Origin: Phoronis australis | Lineage: Eukaryota > Animalia > Phoronida | DNA: 64,000 bases | Assembly (NCBI GenBank): GCA_002633005.1 | Contig: NMRA01000037.1 | Location: forward strand, 476,814-540,813 | Direction: 5' to 3' | Shown: one piece after another, positions 27,055 to 39,130 of the stretch | Numbering within the stretch: position 1 is the stretch's first letter | Layout: every line of letters starts with the position of its first letter | Position numbers and translations under genes: made by a program | Notes under the pieces: generated by a model | Database searches by the model: none | The model's input: the letters and a program-made list of their open reading frames with translations, nothing else | What the model was told of the DNA's origin: nothing

Positions 27055-28377
27055 CTGGAAAAGAGAAATGTCGTTTTAGGAGAACGTATGACGTGTGACG
27101 GCTACAGCTCAAAATCCGTTATGGGCGAATAATGATGATGGATTATTGCGAAAATGATAGCGGACTATTCACAAATAATGTACTTTGAAGATAATCGTTC
27201 GCACATTTCTGTACACCCGCACAAGCTCACATAGGCCGGGTGAAAACTATCCATAAGCCTGCTCAACAATTTAATGGTGTGCGTAGGTGTTGTACAAGCC
27301 TCACTGCTGAGCTAAAACCTCACCAGTATTGGATGCAGTATAGGAAATTCTATTCTTTGATATACCTCATAAAAGAAAAGTAACAGAAAATAGATGCTCT
27401 GCCCTGTTACCAACAGAGAATGACTTGAGAAATGGTGGGCAAATTCACAACCAAGTCAATAACCTCGAAAAATGACGAACGATCGAGCAAATTTTACATT
27501 ACCCCGAAACTGGTAAGATTTTAAGGAAGTTATTCAGTAACTCAGTGTCAAATACAATGTACATAAACGGATCATTTTTTCTTGGCCCCAAATCTAAATG
27601 AAAAAGGAGATCTACACGGACAAGTAAACAGGAACAAAAATTATAGCTATAGAGTCACATGGGTCATTTCAAAACTGGTCCTTTCCATGTTCAGAAATTT
27701 TGAACATCAAAAGCTGAAAATGTGCAAGGCTTGATGAAAGTTTTTCGCGAGCTCTTCAAACATTAATAATGCAGACTTTACTTCATCAACTGTACGTATC
27801 ATTGACAACAAGACGGAAAGCCGTGAATGCTAGTTGAGAATACTACCACAATATTCCAGTAGGCTAAACTTGCCTGTCTCCTCCTAGTGGCAAGGAATGA
27901 AGGTAACTTCAAACATGCATAATGAGCGAGGATACCTTTAACAATCACTTAAAACGACATGGTGTAAGGAGAACATATCAGGCATCTGAAACTAATCACT
28001 TAAATGCTGAAGCCAATCATTGCCACAGTCACCCGCATATACTTATTGCCAGAGACAAATAACCCAGACAAACCAGGCTCACTGCTTTGAGCTGCCCAGA
28101 TACAACGCAAAAAAGTAATTGTTAAAACTAGCATTTCCTATTTTTCATTAAGGTTTGTTACGTTGTGGCAAATTCTCATTTTTTTATCATATGCCAACTG
28201 GTAACAGCTGTACCAAACCAACCAGGGCAACAAAGTAAAATTTCATTTAAAGTTATATTGTTACTGAGAAATTTATCAGACTGGAATAATTTGTCTGCCG
28301 TATTGCGTCTTAAGCAGCAGGAAATTTTGCAGCCAGCCTCCGTTCCCAACGCAAACCAAATGTAACACAATACGTAC

Positions 28378-28568
28378 CTTGAACCGCTTGTCCTGAAGGA
28401 CCTTCTTTATAGCTACAAGTTCGTTTGTGTCGCAGAGCCTCGCCTGGTAGACCACTCCAAATGACCCATTGCCAATGACCTTGGTGTCAGTGTAGGAAAC
28501 CTCCTGGGTAGAGTCCGGTCCTTGACCAGGAGTGGCCACCACTGTGGTCACTTTTGAACCGTCCTTAC
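28378..28568 (-). CDS. GSK3B: GSK3 exon 2
   Basis: ttgcag| (G)[63 protein letters not shown] |gtacgt. Confidence 0.97.
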
Positions 28569-31500
28569 CTGCAAACACACAGGGCATTAGTTAGCATCTT
28601 GTTGGAGTGGAAAAGACATACAGCACTGATGCGTGTTCAAATATGCTAACAAACATCACAACTTGGACATGGCCCAGAGATCGCGTCCCTGGTAAAACGA
28701 TTCAACTTTAAAACAATGGCAAGAAAACCCACTTAGAATGCGGAAGTGAACTGTTCCCATGAACACAGGTTGCAGGAATACTGGGATACGTACAGCGGTG
28801 CAACAGTAGAGAGTTAAATACAGACAATAACATTTGCCAGAGCTTGCTGTTGTATCTGCCACAGAGGTACTGTCAATTCACATACTAGTAACACTAATGC
28901 AACAACGGGCATCTATTTATACAACCTCTTTGATAAAGTACTGCCTACACCTCCCCCTTTGGAAAACTTGTTCTCTGTAAATACTGCACAGTGGCGTCTA
29001 ATTAAGTCAAGTGGATGTCGGAAGTGAACTGATACAGGGAACAACAGCACAAAGAAAACCAGCGTAACCTCTACAGACTAATGTTCATGACACATGTCAC
29101 GGAATGTTCCCGTATATGGATAACACAGCATACTGGTCAGGGAATACTGTACTCATTATGTTCTGTCATATTTGAACTATTGGTTCAGTAAGACACAACT
29201 TTGAGTAAATTTTGTTTAATACATCCACTCGTATGTCACCTGAGGCTCAGAACTACCTGCTAACAAAACATGTCTTAGACTGAAAACACGCGTACACTCC
29301 ATGCAAGAGACCCTCTCCTCCGTCAGTCCAACTCGAACCAACGGTGATGTCTCATCACCCAGTCTAAATTTGACAGTTTTAAAACATGTTAGTAAAACTC
29401 GTTCAAACATCTAAAATACCAGGTTGAAACAGAAAAATAAATGAACGTTAGTAATCAATGTTCAAAGATATTGAACAACGCAATGTAAAACACCTGAGGA
29501 ATTTACATACCTAAAGTCTTGTCTGCCATTTTGAATCAGGCTACAATGTCAGTACAGTACACAATTATAAATGGCTTAAACATTTGGAATGCAATCATAA
29601 AACAGAACATTGTAATTTCCTCAAATTCAACGTGATCCTAGAAAGTATGAACTTTGAAGACAGAAACTATACCAGACTATGAGTTACCCTGGATAATCCA
29701 TGAACGCCAAACCATTCAATGTCAGAACTACATTTAACTTCATGTTGACTGATTCAGTATTACCAAAACTATTTAAATATTCTAGGAACATTGAGCCTGG
29801 TATGCTTTTGAAGCAGAATCCTATCACAGCAAGGAACATTATGAGGCTAACACTAAACACTAAACAGACAAATTCAGTTTTTTTCTTTAAGCCAATGAAA
29901 TAGTGTGTAAAGTTATGTGACCATCAAATTTTACTTGAGAGACTCGACTCGAAAACTGGCAAATCATGTAACACACTTGGCGCAGAAATTTGAATTTCGT
30001 GCGATGTGATTGATCAACTTTCGAGCAGTTTTAATTTAATTTACTTTGGTGATCATGTATAACAATAGGTCAGGGTGAGACTGTCATGTCAATTAATCTA
30101 AATTTATTATGAATGTTGCAGTTGAACACCAGGGGCTTCTTGATTAGGTAACCATATGCACAAACTATGCAGGTGAAATGGTCAAGTCAACAATCTCAAA
30201 TCTTCAATGCACAACAAAATTGTACCTCATGTAAAAATACAATGAAGAAAGATTGTAAAATGATGATCTTGGTCAAGGAAATGTGGTCAATTGCCCATGA
30301 ACAAATAACCCACTCACAACTGAGTCACTCCCAATTCAAGGTCAAAGGGTACACATGCAGGGTTCATGACCCCCAGCAATCACAATAGCCAATCTGATAA
30401 AGACTGCTTAGCAGCCCACACACAACACATCTGACCACTGGCAGGAATAGTTCAAAGACAGAAACATTGTGGAGTTAAGTAGATTCTAACAGGACATAGC
30501 TAAGGACAGGGTCTGATACAGGACCATAAACAGGGTCTGGAATATGATCATGAACAAAAACGGGGGCTTCTAATATTCTTCTACAACAAGGACAAATGAA
30601 ACTGGTCAAGGTGTGATACAGACTGGCTTGTGGTTCATACACTCTGGATTCGGACCAGAATAGTAGTAAATTGTCAATCATGGTAGTGCCCACACTGCCC
30701 AATGTGAATGGGGAAAATTACAAAGTTTCCAGCACTACTGACAGAAGCTACTTCCAAACAGCCTACTGTGGCATGATCCTCACACTGAGAAAGTTGTTAC
30801 TTGTTTTTGTACGTAATTAGGTCAAGAGTTGAGTTGAGACTATTGGCCGATTCATTAGTTGTATACGACAGTTCAATGAATTACCCCATTGCAGATGAGT
30901 AGATAGTGAATGCTTTATAACACCTATACGATATATCGCACTTTTCACGTATCATGCCAAGTCCACTTCCCATCAAATACAAACAACGGTACTTCCTAAC
31001 AAAACGTGTTTTAGCACGTGTATAAATCTAAATCATAATTAATAAGATCATAACCATTCTACTCCACTCACAATGTTTAACTTTTAGAAGCTCTTTGACA
31101 TTACAATGTCAAATAGAGTATCATGGGTTTCATGGCCACTTGGCGCATAACTTCTGCCAAAGCGGTGGAGTTCAAACCAGACCACCTTGGCTATTACAAA
31201 TCAATGGGTAAGTAAGTGTACAGTGTGTTCAAAATGTGTTTTAACAACAGATGGGAACCACGTGACAAGCACCTCCAGCCGATGAACAAATACTGCCCAA
31301 ATATACTGCCCAATACAGACAAGGTTTGTAAAACATGTACAAAAGACAAACAGACCGCTAACACAGTAACAGACTACAGCCGTTGAAATGAGAATTTCCA
31401 TACGATTGAGTTCCAAAGAATCTTTTGAGGACTGGTGTTGTTACTTTAAGGCACTTTGTAAGTTAAGCAAAATTTTGAACACAGATCATACAGCAGTTCT

Positions 31501-31805
31501 TCACTTCTTTAGCATACAATCAGAATGTGGCCGACAACCAAAATTTCATTTTGTTAAATTCCTCAGCAAAAGAGGATAAAATATACATTTTAGCCTATTA
31601 CCCGCATGGTTTGTAATGTGGTAAAATTTCCATTATTTGCATATGGTAATCAGCCATTGATAATAGAAAAATTATTATTTTGCCAATTATCTTTGTGCGA
31701 AAAAAGGAGAATTGTTGTAACCTCTGAAATAATCTAATATCGAAAAACCGACTTAACTTTTGTGAAAAACTATGGTTACTGCTCTGCACTAAAAGGACAG
31801 AAACA

Positions 31806-31868
31806 TTCATGTTCACATGCCCTGTTCACATGTTCTGTCCACATGTCATGTTCACATGTCCTGTTCAC
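31806..31868. repeat. 13-bp tandem repeat (tgttcacatgtcc-like), 4-5 copies
   Basis: catgttcacatgccctgttcacatgttctgtccacatgtcatgttcacatgtcctgttcaca read directly. Confidence 0.8.
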
Positions 31869-32897
31869 AAATATACGTATAGAAGTTCAAGGGTACTATT
31901 TTATACAACGGGTCGATTTGACAACCTACCCCTGGTCAACGAGATCTGGCCTTCTTTACGAAACTGGTAATACCCCCACCCCCAAGTTGCCACATCGTTG
32001 CCATAGTTATCCAACTGGAGGACACATTTGAAACTACTACAAGTAACCACACAGAACTCAAAACTGCATAGCAAAAACCATAAGGCTGACGCATGTAGAC
32101 AACGTTCCCAACAGTCCGCTTCTCATTTGAGTAGAGGCCAGCCCCTGTTGGATAAGGTCCCAGGGGGAAATTTGGTCCTCCCTGAGCAGGTAGGTAGTAC
32201 ACCCCTAATTTTCGATTCAAAGGTAGCACACCCCTAATTATCAATTCAAAAAAGCTCAGGCATTTTCAGGTATTTCATACAGCGAACATTTCCCCATTTC
32301 AGACTGTTGCAACATACGCCATTTGAGGAGGCCACGATTTCATACTCCCGCATACGGGATGTTCTCATTTTGGTGAGCTCATTTCCCATTTGGTGACATT
32401 ATGCTAAGTATTGAGGTGATTTTCTGTTTGGAAAAGTCAAGGCACAGTAATTCAACTTAGAAACAATAAAACTTTGGCTCAACTGCATTGATATTGGTTA
32501 ATTTGCAAAGCAAAACACGACATTGGTAACAGTACGTTATTAGGGTAAAAATCAAGTACACAAGCGGATCTTCACGTCACATTTCTCAAATAACTTCAGA
32601 AAATTATTTTGTTATGAGAACAGTTTGTATGGTATGGCTAGCACCAAAACAATGCAATTATTGAACTGCAATTTGACTGGCACTTGAAATATTTAGCTCT
32701 AAATCAAAAATTTCTTACTCTAAGTAGGATGAGTTTCCCACAATGCATTTGTGGGTGGGTAAGTCGAACCACTACAAACTTGGTGCACACAGAATACCAG
32801 GGATGTTGAGAACTAGACCCAATAACAACAAGGTCAAAGGTTAGTCACAACAAAATACCACATTATACAAATGTTTTTTCTCATCCAGTAAGGGTGC

Positions 32898-33515
32898 AAA
32901 GATGAAGGTGTAAATAAATCAAGTACCAGAACTTACATTACAGGGAAATTCTAGCTGTGTTTTGGCTTTGTCCCAAAACTGTCTATTGGCTAAAAAATAT
33001 GGCGACAGGCAGCTCAGGAGGCACCATAAGGCTTGGTCTCAAATGTGAGGCAAGCCTATTTGGAAATGCTTTTCCAATGTCGCTGTCGTGCGAGAGGCAG
33101 CTTAGCTAACACCATACAGCTGGTCCCAGATAACATACAAGAAGAAAAGCAGTCCACTAAGCCTAGTTAGAGATGTTTTTTTGATTACCTCACATATCGC
33201 CACCATCACTGTCTCCTGAATCAACCAGTCTCACTATTCAGTACTTTAAAATCTCCTATATCGAAGTGGTTCAGATCAGTGAAGAAGGCGGTGATATGTC
33301 ACAGAATAAAAAAATAGATTCGTAACTTTAAATAGGCTTAGTGGACTGAGTTTCGACTTGCCTCATACCTTGGAGAACTGCTGTCAGGTGTCTCGCGAGG
33401 AGCCCGTCACATGACACCCGTGGTGCAGGAGCAGGACACACCAAGTATCATTCAGTTGGTACGCGTAAGTTAGACTACTGTAAGTTCTAGAATTTGATTT
33501 TACACCTTCAGCTTT
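32898..33515. mobile_element. Foldback or long imperfect palindromic element
   Basis: Nested inverted matches: aaagatgaaggtgtaa..aatcaa...agaacttaca (outer); perfect 16-bp cagtccactaagccta at 33150-33165 vs 33333-33348; catatcgcc/ggtgatatg (inner). Confidence 0.65.
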
Positions 33516-33775
33516 AAAATACCACAACGTTCTGGCTTGGCAGAGCAATCGCTCACTTGCTGCCATTTTGCTACTGTACATGAGAAAGCTCTAATGCTTA
33601 CATGCAAAATGGTCGTCTTCACTCACGTGTTTTGCGTGGTCTTGCCTGACCTCCTCAAATTCTGCAGATAACTGGGTGAAAGTATATGCCGTGGATTGCC
33701 AATTTTCCCTTCAATGTTATGGTACATTACGTAACTGCAACACTGGGCGACAGGATTTAGGACAAAAGCGAGACA

Positions 33776-34096
33776 CAGACCTGCCAAGGGGTATAACAAC
33801 TTTGCTGGAGGTTGGTTGAAATTTTGCTTGAGATTAGACAAATTTGCTCAAAATTTGCTTGAGGTTCCTGGCGATATCTTCACTAACTATCAAACTTTAT
33901 ATATCCTACAATATAAGACTTAACTAGTCGTATTACAGTAATAAAAAAAACATTTTATAAGCGTAGAAAACTAGGATTTTGAAAATTTATGACCAAAAAA
34001 TTCCTTTTGCGTGATAGTTTAAGGCTCGCGTGAGTGCGTGAAGCAGTGGCCAAATGCGTGAGAGTCACGCGAGATGCGTGAGACTTGACAGGTGTG
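33776..34096. mobile_element. hAT-like MITE with 6-bp TSD
   Basis: GAGACA|CAGACCTGCCAAG ... CTTGACAGGTGTG|GAGACA; gcgtga subterminal repeats. Confidence 0.75.
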
Positions 34097-35619
34097 GAGA
34101 CACTGGCAACAAACCAGGGGCACATAAAGAAAACGCAGAATAGAGAGACATATGCAATGAGAAATCTTTGCAAGTGGAATGGAAACCGAACGTTCTACCC
34201 AATAATTCAGATTCCGGAACTGAAGACCAGTCACCTCAGTAGTTGCCAGTTCGCTTGTGTAAACGAGCAAGGTAACCATGCTTACTCGCAAAATGGTCAT
34301 CTTTGTTCACGTGATTTTGCGTGGTCTTGCGTGACGTCCCCAAATTCGAGTAAAACTTGCTCTATGGAACACAGCATGGTCAACATCTCATTGTGTCTAT
34401 AGCATATAATAGCAAATAGAATGAAAACTCATGGATTCCCACTTTCTGAGAGTTCAGTCTTATAGAGCTACAGTGAGCAAAATTTTGCTAACATGACTAG
34501 TACCTTGGGACAACCTATTTCACACAAAGGCAAGTGTTGATCGTTTGGATTTAGATTTGCTTGTGTTATGTTTGGCTTCACTCTTATTTAATGTTACTTT
34601 AAGTTGGTCCTTTTTTACCTGCCAAAGCAGTACTCAATGTAGTTTATAAGTCTTAAATGTATTTTACAAACCTAAACTTGACTTTTAAAAGTCATCCAAA
34701 AATTGAGAAAATAGTCACAACTTATTAAGAGGTTAGGGAAGTCAGTGAGGTCGAACTGAAGACTGGTGAACTGTTCAGTCTTGAAAAGAAGAATATTCAC
34801 CACAGTAATCCCTCGCCAAACAACTTAGAACACTGAACTACTGTAAGAGATAAAAATGAAAGTAACGTCGAGTCCTCTTGTAAAAACAAGATTCGTCAAA
34901 ATCATACCTACACTTTTGTATCTTCGACAGACTTGTCCCATACTCTGGTGTCGTTCAGAAACTTGTGCCATTTTCTGGCGAATAACAAGGGGAAAACAGC
35001 ATGATTGAGAGCAGCGTTGTCCCAACCATCACAAACACAGCACCTCACCATTGTCAAAATGTCAAAAAGTCCTTGTAACCACTCCACAACCACCCACGGA
35101 CAACAGGAAATCAAGATTTACTGTACTTATCGCTCATGCTCCGTCTTTCGGGACAGCCACTGACATGCTGGCGGCAAATTGATCGTCTACGATCCACTGC
35201 AGGTGATCCACCGCAGGTGATCCACCGTGGTCTAATTACTCGTTTCCAGGTTTCCTTTCGCACCCCAAAACGTCAGTTCTTAACAATTTTAGTAACCATA
35301 ACAGTGGGAGCAGTCAGTTGAACCAATGAGTTAAATACAGATCACAGGTTAAACTGAGCAATCCCAGACACACTGCATACAGCCACTCAGTGTGAGACCA
35401 CATACATGATGAGGCACATGATAACTAAATAACACCTGGAAGATGTCTACAACATATGTACATACCCTATGGAGATCTACACTTTATGGAACAGGGTCAA
35501 TGTCCTAGCAACCAACATCAAAGAGACTACGTATATAGACAATGACCACAAATTCAAAATATTGTGAAGCTCTTCACAACTTGAAGACTGCCATGCAAAT
35601 GGTACTTTTTCGAGTGTTT

Positions 35620-36035
35620 ATGACCACTGAATGACACAGAACACAAAACCTGCAAAAATGGCAAGCAACCCTCATCACACAAATAGAGATATATTTATCA
35701 AATTTCATGAAAATCTGTTAAGTGAGGAAAGCGTTACCTTACTAATAGGTGCCTAAGTACCAAATTTTATGAAAATACGTTGAGGACCTTTGAAGATACA
35801 GAGGTAAAAGTAAAAAACTAAAATTGCCACTAAGGGGCACACCGGTAGTCGGATCCGTCCGAATGTTCGCTCATGCCGCCCCATCCGTGAAAGGAAAACG
35901 TGTGCAAAATTTCATGAAAATACGTCAAGGGGGTTTTGGAGATAGAGCAGCGGATGCCGGACACTAGACGGATGCCGGACGGAGATGACAGCATAATGCA
36001 TCCACATATAAATATGTGGGCGCGTAAAAATTGGG
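35620..36035. mobile_element. Helentron-associated (HINE/pearl-like) repeat
   Basis: Repeated aaatttcatgaaaat motif, ggatgccggac/gacgg tract, 3' palindrome ccacatat..atatgtgg followed by gcgcgtaaaaa; the 3' end is repeated at ~36360-36382. Confidence 0.45.
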
Positions 36036-36853
36036 TTAAGGAGATATAGCAGCGAACACAAAACACAAATTGCCACTAGAGGATGCCACAGTACTCGAAC
36101 CCATCCGAAAATCAATGTCAGTCATATTCTCAGCAGAAACAGAAATGCCAATTTTCACAATAATCCTGCCAGCAGTTTGGTGGAAAGAGAAGCAGATGAC
36201 AAAAAATGGGAATCTTAGAAAATCAACAAAATGGGTACTGGGAGGTGCAGAATACATCAAATCTGCCTCAAGATGGGAAGGAGTAGTCGTCTCATTAACT
36301 CCGAAGATACAACAGAGAACGAAAAGTAAAAGAGGCAGATGCTGAGGCAGAGATGTCAACAAAATATGTGGGCGCATAAAAAGCAAAGCTGTAGTCACAA
36401 AAGTTTGTCTTGCTTGAAGAGATGAATGCATACCGTCAAACAGCAATCCAAGTTTAAAACTTGGTAGGCCATCACGCGATACTGGTCATGGACGCCCTGA
36501 GAAAGTGAGACCCATTTTGGACACCTAATTTCTGAAATTCTGGATGATCTTATGAGACCCCGGCATTTACAAACATAGGTCGACATTGCCCAAAATACCA
36601 AACAAAACTACAGGATCAAAATAATTCACCAACTCTCACTTGGTTATGCAACATGCTGCAATTATCACCATTACCACAAAACTGTTTCAGAGTAGTATTG
36701 TACCCCTACTGAGCACCTCCCCAAATGTCATTCCCCAAAATTTAAGTCCCTTTCATACTAGCCTCGGTGTTTTTGGGAGTTGCAGTTACTGTGAACGTTT
36801 AAATTCGTTCCTGGATTGAAGTCAACAGAACCAGTTTACTCTGCAATATAAAG

Positions 36854-37327
36854 CAGGGCTTGGAATGACCAATGACAAAAAACGCGGAAACTTTTACGGC
36901 CCAAATCATGCGCGCTACCCAGCCTTGAAATGGTCGATGTGAACCTTTTCCCGACAAAAGTCGGGAGGACTAAAAAAAAAAAACTTTACCGCCATCAGTA
37001 CCATGCGTCTGCGTCCTTTTAGCTCGTCCGTCCACTCCCAGCCCACACATTTTTGGCTGCAGAGCCGTAGTATTTGTCGCCGCGGTTTACAATAACACGA
37101 GACGCCATTGAAAATCCCACCACGCTATCCCAGATGCCCCGGCAATGTTGACAATTTACGTTCCTCCGAAACATAAAGGGCAACTTCCGCTTTTCGAGGT
37201 GAACGTCGTCTGCAACGCCGCGGTAAGAAAGGAATTTGCCGCGGAAATATTGTATCAAATCCGATTTTTTTACAGAACATTTGAAAAAAGCGGAAATCCG
37301 CGTTTCCACGGAAAATTCCAAGCCCTG
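36854..37327. mobile_element. hAT-like MITE, copy 1 (6-bp TSD)
   Basis: ATAAAG|CAGGGCTTGGAAT ... ATTCCAAGCCCTG|ATAAAG; perfect 13-bp TIR. Confidence 0.9.
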
Positions 37328-38222
37328 ATAAAGGTGAATTTAACGATGAACCCTCGACACTTCGGCGTGATATAAATTGTCAACATCAGTCCCACCAGCA
37401 GGGGTCACAGCTATCACAATTATGATTTACTTCAATGTCTGTTAACTACAGTACCGGGAATGAATGGTTCAACTAACTCTGCAGTTGTACATCAACGCTC
37501 CTCTCCCACCAAAACTGAGATAGTACGAAAGGGTCTATAAAGGGCCTACAGATACATTAACTTTGGTGTGAAAGCCTCGGCTCGTTCAACAGTACCCTTT
37601 GTGTAAAAAGCTGAACTAAAGGACTTGTTTACTCCAGAGTGCACTTTTCTGTGCTCAATCATCCACGGAGTGGAGTGCTATTTACCATCATAATTTCATG
37701 TCATCTATCATGTGTTTAACCACAGACCAGTATACCATGTCAACATGAGGAATACCCCATCTCCATCAACAGCTGGGTAGAGATTCCAGTGCAGGCTAGA
37801 CGGGCAACCCCAGCTTTTGACATCACAAAACCACCAGGCTATCAGTAACAGAAGGCCCCGGCATACAACACCGGTACCGGAGATTTTCAATAAAGTGTCT
37901 TCGCCACTTTTCAGTAATCATTTCTTCATGTCACTTTTACGCCTTTTCAGAAACTTGATTTTGCTGTCCTTTGAACACGTCCTGATACGTTTGAAATGAC
38001 ACGCTGATGAGCGCATACCAGTTGATGGGTTGAGTACTGAGATGTTTTATGTAAACAATCATGTACGATGCACCTGAGGTCATTTCAGAAGCACGTGTCA
38101 AAAATTACCACTCACTTGGTGAACAGGAACTGGGAAAGTACTTCATTACAAATGTTAACTATGATAAATACCATACTTTTCTTAATACTACCAGTCACTT
38201 TTTGTAGCCCTCATTTTCAAGA

Positions 38223-38728
38223 CAGGGCTTGGAATGACCAATGACAAAAAACGCGGATACTTCGAAACTTTTACGGCCCAAATCATGCTCAATAACCAGC
38301 CTTGAAATGATCAATGTGAACCTTTCCCCGACAAAAATCGGGAGGACTAAAAAAAAAACGTTACCACCATCAGTAGCATGCGTCTGCGTCCTTTTAGCTC
38401 GCCCGTCCACTCCCAACCCACACATTTTTGGCTGCGGAGCGGTAGTATTTGTGGCCGCGCTTAACAATAACACGAGACGCCATTGAAAATCCCACCACGC
38501 TGTCCCAGATGCCCCGGCAATGTTGACAATTTACATTCCTCCGAAACATAAAGAGCAACTTCCGCTTTTCGAGGTGAACGTCGTCTGCAACGCCGCAGTA
38601 AGAAAGGAATTTGCCGCGGAAATTTTGTATCAAATCCGATTTTTTTACGTGGAAATATTATAAAAAAAGCGGAAAGCACATTTGAAAAAAGCGGAAATCC
38701 GCGTTTCTGCGGAAAATTCCAAGCCCTG
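38223..38728. mobile_element. hAT-like MITE, copy 2 (6-bp TSD)
   Basis: TCAAGA|CAGGGCTTGGAAT ... ATTCCAAGCCCTG|TCAAGA; highly similar to copy 1 along its length. Confidence 0.9.
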
Positions 38729-38911
38729 TCAAGAAAAGGTTCAATGGGTCCTTTTTGATGATGGGTGTTTTGCAGGACAAGTATTTATGGGTCTGGCCGT
38801 CCCATTTCTCTACCGTGTGGTCCTATTCAAGTCAAAGTTGAAACAACTACGGGCCATTCCATAGCAACTCAACCCCAATAGTAAAGGAGTGTTGATGTAA
38901 ACTGCAAAATT

Positions 38912-39130
38912 CAGGGCTTGGAATGACCAATGACAAAAATGGGGAAAATTTTCTAGGGGAAATATCATTCCACAAATAAATAGCCTAGTGTGATGGCAAT
39001 ATTTTTGTGTTGCAATAACTAAAATAAAGTCAAAATAATGATAAAAAAGAGAGGAAATTGGAAATCAAATAAGAGGAAATCGAAACCAAAAAGAGGAAAT
39101 CTTATTAAAAGAGGAAAAATCCAAGATCTG
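38912..39130. mobile_element. Related hAT-like MITE with a different interior
   Basis: AAAATT|CAGGGCTTGGAATGACCAATGACAAAAA ... AATCCAAGATCTG|GAAATT; gaggaaa subrepeats. Confidence 0.65.

Noticed and set aside
33595-34347. ~70-bp diverged direct repeat (33595-33663 and 34278-34347) as LTRs
   Set aside because: No TG..CA ends, primer-binding site or TSD; more likely old repeat fragments.
37019-38679. Pairs of similar ORFs suggesting a duplicated small gene
   Set aside because: They lie inside two copies of a ~480-bp MITE; starts and stops are not conserved between copies.
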